DNA from: Ginkgo biloba
Lineage: Eukaryota > Plantae > Ginkgophyta
NCBI GenBank assembly: GCA_024626585.2
Contig: JANKJI020000002.1
Span: 82,146,481-82,167,017 of the forward strand
Direction of reading: 5' to 3'
DNA: 20,537 nt
Positions 11,365-20,537 of this stretch are shown piece by piece. Numbering within the stretch: the stretch's first letter is position 1; each line of letters starts with the position of its first letter. A model generated the notes under the pieces. It made no database searches and was not told the origin of the DNA. It worked only from the letters and a program-made list of their open reading frames with translations. Position numbers and translations under genes: made by a program.

Positions 11365-11374
11365 TGCCCCTTAA
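11365..11374 (-). promoter_or_regulatory. Copia-style polypurine tract
   Basis: The minus strand reads TTAAGGGGCA directly before the LTR start TGTTAG. Confidence 0.65.
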
Positions 11375-12038
11375 ATTTAATATTGAATGCATTTATTCGA
11401 GGGGGTTTCAATTTAATCCATGTGATTAGGTTTTTGGTTGATTTCAAGATCTTAACTCAATAAAATTTATTTATCCCTTTTAAATCACGTGACTGAGGAT
11501 TAATTTTAGGGGGGGGAACTCAAAAAGGTTTTTAATACAATTGAATTTCACTAAACATTAGAAAACCTTATTTTTTAAAAATAATTTTAAACACTTGCAA
11601 TCTATCATTGCCCATGAATTTTTATTTCTCCATAGATCACTTCATATTTGCCTCTTTCTCCATAGATCGAGTCACCCCTTTCTAGGCTATAATCCATCTG
11701 TTCCATCTTTATGGCCACCTTAGGTATTTTCTCTATTTTCTAAGACATACAACAATTTGTGGATCCATGGGAGGTTTCCCAACACTAGCCACTTTGTATC
11801 AATTTTACTGATTGTGCATGTAAACGTCTAGGGTTTTTAAAAATACCATCATTCTCTTTTGGTCACTAATCACCATCTAGTCACTTTCATTTTTTATTTT
11901 CATCCCTACTTTGTTGTCTGTTTTCACTCTAGAAAAATAATAATAGGTGACTTCATAAAGTCATCCATCACCCTATGCACACATACATTTTCACATTAAA
12001 AACAACAATTTACATAGGTCATCAGGATCATGAGCCAT

Positions 12039-12052
12039 TGGCTCTGATACCA
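12039..12052 (-). promoter_or_regulatory. tRNA-iMet PBS
   Basis: Plus-strand TGGCTCTGATACCA is minus-strand TGGTATCAGAGCCA, a perfect 14-nt match to the plant initiator tRNA-Met 3' end. Confidence 0.93.
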
Positions 12053-12341
12053 TATTAAATTTTAGAATTAATAGCCAAACATTGAATCCACAGATTCATA
12101 CAACTGAGTCACATAACATAAAATACAATTTTTATTAATGAGGTACTAGCTTGCAAATTGCAAGCTAGCACCCAGAACTTGCTTAGTTTGAGAGCAGTTC
12201 TTTACAACTTCAATATTCAGATTTTCATTTAACACTTACATTAGTGACTCTTCACATTTCGAATTCTAGTGGCCCTTTAGCTTTGTCTTCCGGGTCTTCA
12301 TATTCAACCATCAATATTTAATGTTAAATTTATCTCTAACA
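12053..12341 (-). repeat. 5' LTR, 289 bp
   Basis: Starts TGTTAGAG on the minus strand exactly where the Gypsy RT sequence resumes (12342) and ends at the PBS. Confidence 0.82.
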
Positions 12342-12694
12342 CAAGCATGGAGTTTTCTCTTTTACTGATAGTGTAAGTGGATATAGCCAATTAAGCATAG
12401 CTCCACAAGATTAATTAAAATTCGTCTTTATCATCGAATGGGGAACCTTAACATATACTATGTTATGCCTTTTGGCCTCACTAATGCCCTCGCTACTTTT
12501 CAACGTGCGATTTTGAACATCTTCAGGTAGCTAATTGGGGATACAATTGAAATATTCCTAGATGATTGGACACTTTACTTATTGGTGGATGACCACTTAG
12601 GCAACTTATGAGAAATGTGATAAATATACTAGAAAAGTGGATTATGCCCTAACTAGAAGAAATGTAGCTTCATGCTTTTGTTTGTAACCTCCGG
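12342..12694 (+). pseudogene. Gypsy reverse transcriptase core
   Basis: KHGVFSFTDSVSGYSQLSIAPQD*LKFVFIIEWGTLTYT/VMPFGLTNALATFQRAILNIF...IEIFLDDWTL...N*KKCSFM. The catalytic FLDD is at 12555-12566. One frameshift and several stops. Confidence 0.95.
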
Positions 12695-13491
12695 TTAAGT
12701 TACTAGGATCCACCTATGGGGCTCCTAATTCCATACTTGAGATGGCTTGGGAGTGCATACAACTTGGGTATGACATGGATCTATTTCCTTGCTTTATACT
12801 GAGTGTACTCGGATCGGGTACGACTGTCAGTTGTTTCTAGACAAAAACATGATGTTTTTGTGCATTCTTTTTTCCTTACAAATGTTAAAAATAAAAATAA
12901 AAAGAAAGAAAAACCCATTTCTAAAATTAAAAAAAGCAACCCTAGCATACATATTCGAGCTTAAAAAGTCACTTTTGCCAAAGAGTAAAAGAATATCAAC
13001 TAGGTATTTTATCGTTTATACAATGTACTTGTTTATCAAAATACTTATGGTTGATTATGATAATCATATAAATATATTTATTGATTTTGCATGNNNNNNN
13101 NNNNNNNNNNNNNNNNNNNNNNNNNNNNNNNNNNNNNNNNNNNNNNNNNNNNNNNNNNNNNNNNNNNNNNNNNNNNNNNNNNNNNNNNNNNNNNNNNNNN
13201 NNNNNNNNNNNTATGTGTATTATATTGTATGATTTTAATAGTGTAATCTTTATGTCATATGATAGTTAATATTTACATGTTACATGTATTATGTATCATG
13301 TTTCAAATTCGAATGTTTCATATAGTTTGTCATTTGTGTGACATGACTAGTTTCATAAGTTTCATATTTTTTGTATCCATATGTATTTTATATATTTTTT
13401 TAAAACCCTAAAATTCACTACTTCCCTGGATCCTAGTTTGAAAAGTGCCGTTTCCTGTACTTATACTTGCTATTGTCTCGCAGTAACTCAA
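12695..13491. mobile_element. Non-autonomous TIR DNA transposon (MITE-like, possibly hAT-derived) inserted in RT
   Basis: The RT peptide breaks at KKCSFMLLF and resumes at LLAHIVTKEG (13492). The insert ends TTAAGTTACT / AGTAACTCAA form a 9/10 inverted repeat, with a second 11-bp inverted match ACTAGGATCCA (~12702) / TGGATCCTAGT (~13427). Flanks CTCC--GG / CTCCTTGC fit a decayed 8-bp TSD. The core is AT-rich, non-coding and contains an N gap. Confidence 0.6.
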
Positions 13492-14360
13492 CTCCTTGCT
13501 CATATTGTCACAAAGGAAGGCATCCTCACCGATATGACAAAAGTAGCACTCATCTTAGGGTTTTCGGCTTCGACCACAACCAAACACCTAGAAGGATTTT
13601 TAGGGCTAATCGGATATGTTTGGTAATTAATATGCAACTACATTGGAGTGCTTGTTGAAGAAGGATTCAATGTTTACGTGGACATTTGAACATCAATTGG
13701 TCTTTGAAATGTTGAAAACAAATTGGCTAATGCACAAATTCTTTGCTATCCTTATTGGTGCAAAGAATTCAATATTCATGTGGATGGATCGTTAAACGTA
13801 GTGGGTAGTGTGCTCACACAACTAGGGGAGGAAAGCATCGATCACCCAATACTTTTTTGCAGGCTGCAAATTTTTTTTTTGTGAATGCAACTATACTGTT
13901 ACAAAAAGTGAAGGATTCGGGATGGCATATTCGATTCAAAAGTTTCTTCATTACCTGTTGGCCACTCGCTTCACCTCTAATGTCGACCATCAAGCATAAC
14001 TATACCTAATTTATAAATCCATACTTCAAGGACATATTAGTGGATGGTTGTTACTCGAAGAATTCTATTTCATGGTGATTGTGAAGCATGGATCTAGACA
14101 TAATATATCCGACCAACTCTTGAGAATTGACATATGGGAGGAAGCCACTAGCATATCAGATGATTTTCTTGACACAACTGTGTTCTATGTAGTCGCCATT
14201 CGTGAGTGGTATAGTGACATCTCATAATACTTGGCAATAGGTAAACTGCCCATGTGGTATTGTCATGTTACTTGAAGCTCATGAAAGTGGCGTAGGAGGT
14301 CATGTAGATAGTGACAAAACAACTATGAAGATGTTATTAATAGGGCTATGATGGCCATCT
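13492..14360 (+). pseudogene. Gypsy RT thumb, RNase H and integrase N-terminal zinc-finger fragment
   Basis: LLAHIVTKEGILTDMTKV...FLGLIGY...LLKKDSMFTWT...KEFNIHVDGSLNVVGSVLTQLGEESIDHPI...ECNYTVTKSEGFGMAYSIQKFLHYLL...VDHQA*LYLIYK...WLLLEEF...EWYSDIS*YL, then LLEAHESGVGGHVDSDKTTMKMLLIGL*WPS (first two His of HHCC). Truncated there. Confidence 0.93.
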
Positions 14361-14479
14361 AGAGCAACCTTGATTGGTGACGTTGGAAAATTGACGATAG
14401 AATGCTCGATATATTAGGTAGAACCAATAATTGAATCAAATTGATATGCTATGAACGATTATTACATTATGAGTCAATG

Positions 14480-15436
14480 GCTATATAGACATTTTATTTT
14501 AGGGGTGCCTTGATTCGACTCCTTTTCATTGTCCATTTGTCTAATGACAAATATTAATTAATAGTAACTGTTGGCACAATGTTTAACCTTCTAATTTAGA
14601 TAGAGTACATTCCAAACCTCCTTAAGATGCTTCGTCCTTGAAGCATTAAGGTTAGAGTCTCTAGACTTGGAGTAGTTATTATTATCATTGCAAGATGTTG
14701 AAAGCATTCATTTACTTATGGATTTCAATAGAATACTTCTTTGAGCGTAGTTACGGGCACATCTTCGATAATAGCCTATTAGATCCAAGAATCTTCTTAA
14801 CCGCTTGATATTTGTTGGTTTTGGCCATGCTGTGATTGCTTTAATTTTTGTGGGATTGATCTTGATATCCCTTGAAGAATTATGCTGGTTTGAATATTCA
14901 ATCTCCTTTCTTCCAAAGCTATATGTTGATCAATTAGTGTAAAATCGAAATTCCCAAAGGATTGGTAAGATCTTATTGATATGAGTTGAGTGTGCTTCTG
15001 TAGTGGAATTGTATATTAGAATGTCATTGAAGAAAATTGAAAGACTCTTTTATGATAAGGGTGCAAGAGTTTTGTTTATTATAATTTGCAAGATCGTGAA
15101 GTATTGGGCTTCATGAAGTTCAATAAGAAATCCATCAATTCATGCAATAGGATAACTTCTTTTGATAGTTGCTTGATTTAAGGAACAATAGTTAAACACA
15201 TATTTGAAATGAATTGTACTGGGTACCACAATACCCAAATCGAGTAATTCCTTAACAAGTCATTTGTTCTCGGCAAGATTCTATTGAACGGTTTTATCAT
15301 AATTGATGTAGTACCAAATATGCATTTGATAATAAATATGTTTCATACCTATTTCAGGGGGTAAATGAACTAGAAGCTCTTGGAATATAACTTGATATGT
15401 GTTGAGTGTTGTGTATTACACAACGAGGCTTAAAAA
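14480..15436 (-). pseudogene. Reverse transcriptase with deletions, plus short integrase-core remnant
   Basis: YQVIFQELLVHLPPEIGMKHI...LVKELLDLGIVVPS...NYCSLNQATIK..YPIA*IDGFLIELHEAQYFTIL...IFFNDILIYN (15034-15011)...SFGRKEIEY...INPTKIKAITAWPKPTNIKRLRRFLDLIGYYRR. Near 14540, H*TNGQ resembles integrase HPQTDGQ. Confidence 0.9.
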
Positions 15437-16120
15437 NNNNNNNNNNNNNNNNNNNNNNNNNNNNNNNNNNNNNNNNNNNNNNNNNNNNNNNNNNNNNNNN
15501 NNNNNNNNNNNNNNNNNNNNNNNNNNNNNNNNNNNNNNNNNNNNNNNNNNNNNNNNNNNNNNNNNNNNNNNNNNNNNNNNNNNNNNNNNNNNNNNNNNNN
15601 NNNNNNNNNNNNNNNNNNNNNNNNNNNNNNNNNNNNNNNNNNNNNNNNNNNNNNNNNNNNNNNNNNNNNNNNNNNNNNNNNNNNNNNNNNNNNNNNNNNN
15701 NNNNNNNNNNNNNNNNNNNNNNNNNNNNNNNNNNNNNNNNNNNNNNNNNNNNNNNNNNNNNNNNNNNNNNNNNNNNNNNNNNNNNNNNNNNNNNNNNNNN
15801 NNNNNNNNNNNNNNNNNNNNNNNNNNNNNNNNNNNNNNNNNNNNNNNNNNNNNNNNNNNNNNNNNNNNNNNNNNNNNNNNNNNNNNNNNNNNNNNNNNNN
15901 NNNNNNNNNNNNNNNNNNNNNNNNNNNNNNNNNNNNNNNNNNNNNNNNNNNNNNNNNNNNNNNNNNNNNNNNNNNNNNNNNNNNNNNNNNNNNNNNNNNN
16001 NNNNNNNNNNNNNNNNNNNNNNNNNNNNNNNNNNNNNNNNNNNNNNNNNNNNNNNNNNNNNNNNNNNNNNNNNNNNNNNNNNNNNNNNNNNNNNNNNNNN
16101 NNNNNNNNNNNNNNNNNNNN

Positions 16121-16604
16121 GTCCTCGGTAATTTTTTTGTAGAGATGAAAGTTGAACATAATTGCCTAAGTGTGCTTTTTGTAATGTCCCTTCTATCTTG
16201 TGTGATGATATCATTTATGTCTTAATTGGTGAGAAGCTTTGTAGAGGAATTGTTTGACTCTTGTAATTAAAGCATATAAAACAGTCTATTAAATTTATTT
16301 TGAATGTGCCAAAACTACTCAACCATTGGCTTTCTAGGTTTGCATCGACATCAATAGTCATTACAAAAAAAATCTTCCCGAAAGGTGACTTCTTTGAATT
16401 CTAACTTTAATCTTCTTGAGACATCTTGAATAGTAATTTTTTTATCACCTCCAACTTTTACGTGAAATTTTCAAATTTTAACTTGTTGTAGTTGTAGTCT
16501 TCTTATAGTTGATTGATCCAAAATTGTGTGTAGTCCTTGGATCAACCAAAACTATCAGCTGTTCATTCTTGATAACCTTATGGAGTTGTAATGTCTTGGG
16601 TCAT
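16121..16604 (-). pseudogene. Gypsy aspartic protease
   Basis: PKTLQLHKVIKNEQLIVLVDPRTTHNF (motif at ~16543-16520, degraded DSGSTHNF)...DVDANLESQWLSSFGT...MISSHKIEGTLQK; includes frameshifts. Confidence 0.88.
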
Positions 16605-16631
16605 NNNNNNNNNNNNNNNNNNNNNNNNNNN

Positions 16632-17460
16632 GAAGGAACTTTTTCTTTAGAGGAGAGTTCTTTTGTAAAGGTTTTGGTATTGGGCTTAGGGGTCTCGACA
16701 TTAACATGTTCTTCGACCTCTACTATAAGTGAGTATAGTCGACTTGGTTTGCATTTCTAGGCTTCTTCCATTTATTTTACACCAAGAGCAAAGTCTTTTC
16801 CTTCTAAGCTTTGCTTGCTCTTGTTGTGATAACTTAAATGGTTGATTTTGGTTGTTTCTAATCTCCTTCGGAGCAACGGTTTTGTCATAATTAACTCTAT
16901 AAGATGTATCTTTTATTGCAGTTTGTGGATAGGGCACTCCTTGTTTTTCGAAGGATATGTTCCCTAGTGCTTTGGCCCACGGATGTAAATATGCTTTCTT
17001 GCCTTGGTTTGCTGAGCTTGATTTTTGGCTTCAAATGATGGGGTTAATTCCATGGTAGTGTTGAGATTAGTTGGTTGATGGGCCATAATATTTTCTTTTA
17101 TAGACTGCCAATAAATAATTCAATTCGTTGGTCGTGCAAAATGTTTGAACTTTATAGGCTCATTATGTAGAAGTGCAATGAAAATCTTTGATGCTCTCTA
17201 TTTGCTGAAATTTAAATAATTGAGAGAAGTAATTATTGCCCTAAGTCTCCCCAAAGTGTTTAAGGAATGTTGAAATAAATCTTTCCTATGTGATGGCATT
17301 TTCTAATTGTTCCTCTTCATGGGACCACATGGTCCACTAGTCATAAGCCCTCGTGTTCTGCTCGGTGCATGGTAAAGTATAATTCAAGTTTTTGCTTCCA
17401 TTCTTCTTCTTGTTACCCATCTGGAGCTCCATCAAATTTTGGTATAGGAATTTTCTTTGT
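16632..17460 (-). pseudogene. Gypsy gag
   Basis: IPKFDG...EEWKQKLELYFTMH...IT*ERFISTFLKHFGE...YFSQLFKFQQ...IELFIGSL...HQPTNL; ORF 16701..16937 has KLSQQEQAKLRRKRLCSWCK (RxxGLCxxC knuckle motif). Confidence 0.82.
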
Positions 17461-17817
17461 AGGACGTCATTCTTGTGTATTTTGTAGACGTATTCTAATG
17501 CAATCTTCCTTGGTCAGATATATTTTTTTAGCTTGAAGGTGATGTTGTGTGCAACCTTTTTATAAAATTTAAATTCGTCATCTTCTAATGACGTCTTTTT
17601 ATTCATCAACTTAGTGATTGGAGAACTTGTGTGAATGCTAGTGTTATTAAATGACCATTTTAATCCAAATTCACTCACTAGTTTTGCAATAAACTAGATT
17701 ATAATTTCAAAAATCATTTATGTCATTTCTTTTTCTTTTGATTCAAAGATCACCATGATTATGTTTAATTTCCTTAGGATTTCCCCTTGATTATACAAAT
17801 TTGATAATTTTATATGT

Positions 17818-17962
17818 GACCCTTTTATTTTCAATAGAAAATTCTTTTGTTAATAATATTCTAATTGTGAATTATTTTAATAACTTTATAAATAATGCCC
17901 CTTAATTTACTCTAGAATATTATTTTTCTATAACAATATTCTAATTTTAATTATTTTATAAC
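17818..17962 (+). repeat. Degenerate two-copy AT-rich tandem repeat, ~80-bp period
   Basis: TAATAATATTCTAATTGTGAATTATTTTAATAAC (17851-17884) versus TAACAATATTCTAATTTTAATTATTTTATAAC (17931-17962), each preceded by CCCTT...TAGAA. Confidence 0.55.
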
Positions 17963-19283
17963 CTTAGTAAAAAATAAAATTAAACCAAGTCACTTACAAC
18001 TGGTATTTTTTTATGACACGAGGGAGCATGATAGTGATAATTAATAGTACTTACAATCCCACAACATTATGATTTTTTCACATATTAAATCCTTGTTCAT
18101 TACATTTTTTTTCCTATGGTTTCACACAAATGATAGATCAAATGAACCTTAGAAGAACCATATCATACTAATCAGTGTGGCCCTTTAGAGATGGATTTTA
18201 TTATTATTTGGTTTCTACACTTATATGATCAATATCTTTATTTGACTAATACTTCTTGTTATAATTTATTTTTCCCCCTTTTCCTTCATTAGGTAGTTTC
18301 CAGTGCAATGGGATGAGACAAAATCAATAGAAAAAGTAGAGGACACTAGAAGANNNNNNNNNNNNNNNNNNNNNNNNNNNNNNNNNNNNNNNNNNNNNNN
18401 NNNNNNNNNNNNNNNNNNNNNNNNNNNNNNNNNNNNNNNNNNNNNNNNNNNNNNNNNNNNNNNNNNNNNNNNNNNNNNNNNNNNNNNNNNNNNNNNNNNN
18501 NNNNNNNNNNNNNNNNNNNNNNNNNNNNNNNNNNNNNNNNNNNNNNNNNNNNNNNNNNNNNNNNNNNNNNNNNNNNNNNNNNNNNNNNNNNNNNNNNNNN
18601 NNNNNNNNNNNNNNNNNNNNNNNNNNNNNNNNNNNNNNNNNNNNNNNNNNNNNNNNNNNNNNNNNNNNNNNNNNNNNNNNNNNNNNNNNNNNNNNNNNNN
18701 NNNNNNNNNNNNNNNNNNNNNNNNNNNNNNNNNNNNNNNNNNNNNNNNNNNNNNNNNNNNNNNNNNNNNNNNNNNNNNNNNNNNNNNNNNNNNNNNNNNN
18801 NNNNNNNNNNNNNNNNNNNNNNNNNNNNNNNNNNNNNNNNNNNNNNNNNNNNNNNNNNNNNNNNNNNNNNNNNNNNNNNNNNNNNNNNNNNNNNNNNNNN
18901 NNNNNNNNNNNNNNNNNNNNNNNNNNNNNNNNNNNNNNNNNNNNNNNNNNNNNNNNNNNNNNNNNNNNNNNNNNNNNNNNNNNNNNNNNNNNNNNNNNNN
19001 NNNNNNNNNNNNNNNNNNNNNNNNNNNNNNNNNNNNNNNNNNNNNNNNNNNNNNNNNNNNNNNNNNNNNNNNNNNNNNNNNNNNNNNNNNNNNNNNNNNN
19101 NNNNNNNNNNNNNNNNNNNNNNNNNNNNNNNNNNNNNNNNNNNNNNNNNNNNNNNNNNNNNNNNNNNNNNNNNNNNNNNNNNNNNNNNNNNNNNNNNNNN
19201 NNNNNNNNNNNNNNNNNNNNNNNNNNNNNNNNNNNNNNNNNNNNNNNNNNNNNNNNNNNNNNNNNNNNNNNNNNNNNNNNNNN

Positions 19284-20200
19284 GGTCCATTAAATCAGAT
19301 GTTTAGAAAGATGTTGGGCGCAACTCACTTCGGAATCCTCGATCTCTTGATCTCCCGAAGTCTATCTTGACTTTCACCTTTTTGTTAAATTTTCAAGTTA
19401 CAGAACTCTAAATATTCCAAAATTGCATTGTATAAAATTTCGGGTCCGTAGGGTTCATGTGAGGCATGTCTTCATTTGGGTCGACGAGAAGCCTGAATCC
19501 TCGATATCTCGATAGCTCNNNNNNNNNNNNNNNNNNNNNNNNNNNNNNNNNNNNNNNNNNNNNNNNNNNAATTTGCTAAGTGTTGGAAGGGCTCCTTTTA
19601 ATAGGACTTTGAACTTCAAATTCTTAAAGTTAGACACTATAATCAAATTCTTAAAGTTAATCTTTGTATCAATTGAGGGTCTCAACAACATCTGACAGCG
19701 AATAAAGAAGTTGGACTCCAGACAATCTCAGACTTCCAGCCTTTAACAACAAATTTGGTGTTTTCCAGGCAGTTACGACTTATATCATAAATTTTGATCC
19801 ATAGTTTCGTTTTACGTCATCTTAGGCTTGTTTTAAAGCTTGTTGGAAAGACTACAATTTCCCCTTGGGGACCTTTTGTTGAATTTTTCTAAGATCTTTT
19901 TGAATTTTAACCTCAAGTTGGTTGTTTATAAAAAGGTATCGGAGACAGGGTCTTGGATTTGAATCGAAGAAAATTTTTTGAACCACAACTCCGTTTTCTG
20001 TGCTATTCATTTTCCTGTAAAGCTCTTTTAAAACTCTACAATTCCTTCCTTGAGAACTTTCAGCATCAACTAAGCAAATTTCTCCAAATTTGGACTGCAA
20101 GTTGGGACTTTATTAAAAATTGACAAAATATCGATTTTTGGATCCGAAAAACGGATCAATAGCATCAATGATGGGGTTCTATTTATGGAGCTAATGTTTG
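19284..20200. repeat. Probable LTR/UTR-type repeat sequence (unclassified)
   Basis: Non-coding, with reverse-TATA-like CCTTTTAATAGG (~19594) and CTATTTATGG (~20179) and a 16-bp direct repeat CAAATTCTTAAAGTTA (19617, 19644). No termini, PBS or PPT identified; this is an impression only. Confidence 0.22.
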
Positions 20201-20537
20201 TAGAAGCACTAGGCACAGATCGCTCTATGAACAAGACATCTTTCTAGGCAAAAATTATATTAGTAGAAGAATGAGAAATGATGCCCTAAAGGTGACCTAT
20301 CTGATGTCGAGAAGTTCTTATTGGTTATAGAGTCTTGGTTTTCATAGAGCGAAGAAACAATTTCTTCATTGAACTAAAAATGAATAAAAATGCATAATAT
20401 CCTATATTTACACACAATAAAGAATAATAACAATGTAATCGAATAGAAATAAATATTCAATCTTTGAAGCATTGAAAACTATGTTTGAAAGCAATGATCA
20501 TGTTTGTTCTTATATAGAGCAAAATACCTCGAGTTTA

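Larger units (their letters stand above)
10870..12341 (-). mobile_element. Non-autonomous tRNA-iMet-primed LTR element(s) in head-to-tail tandem (TRIM/Copia-derived)
   Basis: Minus-strand order: LTR (12341-12053), PBS (12052-12039), ~690-bp non-coding internal region, PPT (11374-11365), LTR (11364-11069), second PBS (11068-11056), second copy of a ~200-bp leader (e.g. AAAGTCATCCATCACCCTATGCACA near both 10973 and 11957). Confidence 0.8.
8990..14360 (+). mobile_element. Degenerate, internally deleted Ty3/Gypsy LTR retrotransposon (non-chromovirus type) carrying nested insertions
   Basis: Collinear gag, RT N-terminus, RT core, RNaseH and integrase zinc-finger fragments in Gypsy order (RT-RH-INT) on one strand. 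No LTRs found. Linkage across the 9759-9858 gap is inferred from the peptide resuming where it left off. Confidence 0.8.
14480..17460 (-). mobile_element. Degenerate Ty3/Gypsy retrotransposon, chromovirus-like (Reina/Tekay/IFG-type motifs)
   Basis: Collinear gag, protease, RT and integrase remnants on the minus strand across two N gaps. The motifs DSGSTHNF-like and FFDDILIY-like differ from the neighbouring element. No LTRs or chromodomain are visible, so the lineage call is an inference. Confidence 0.85.

Noticed and set aside
11625-11668. 14-bp direct repeat TTTCTCCATAGATC (30-bp period)
   Set aside because: An ordinary local duplication inside the internal region of the LTR element.
12789-13232. 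147-aa Lys/Ile-rich ORF
   Set aside because: Low-complexity AT-rich core of the TIR insert, extended through an N gap, with no motif.
12684-13490. Solo LTR starting TGTAAC
   Set aside because: No convincing 5-bp TSD with TG...CA boundaries, and the TIR model fits the RT breakpoints better.
18268-18353. Polypyrimidine tract plus AG as a splice acceptor of a host exon
   Set aside because: The following sequence runs into a 930-N gap after ~60 bp, and there are no other exons or homology to support it.

Overview
AT-rich eukaryotic intergenic DNA from a gapped draft assembly (11 N-runs, about 3.08 kb, three of exactly 100 N). The retroelement peptides resemble those of large plant genomes, probably a gymnosperm; this is inference from recalled consensus sequences, not a database search. 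I find no intact host gene, RNA gene or CRISPR array. The window is a nest of decayed transposons: (1) a minus-strand Ty3/Gypsy gag-protease fragment at ~5.6-6.4 kb; (2) a plus-strand Ty3/Gypsy gag-RT-RNaseH-integrase relic at ~9.0-14.36 kb, whose RT is interrupted twice, by a stack of non-autonomous tRNA-iMet-primed LTR elements (9.76-12.34 kb) and by a ~0.8 kb TIR element (12695-13491); (3) a minus-strand chromovirus-like Gypsy relic at ~14.5-17.5 kb that meets (2) tail to tail. The best candidate for something new is a complete 357-bp TRIM (10277-10633; 151-bp LTRs, 55-bp internal part). It appears to carry a tRNA-like Pol III promoter split across its primer-binding site, with the A-box in the LTR end and the B-box/T-arm in the internal region. 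Next is a head-to-tail LTR-PBS-internal-PPT-LTR-PBS array with TG...TA termini and an inverted repeat around the PPT junction. About 1-5.5 kb, 6.5-8.1 kb and 17.5-20.5 kb are largely unassigned.
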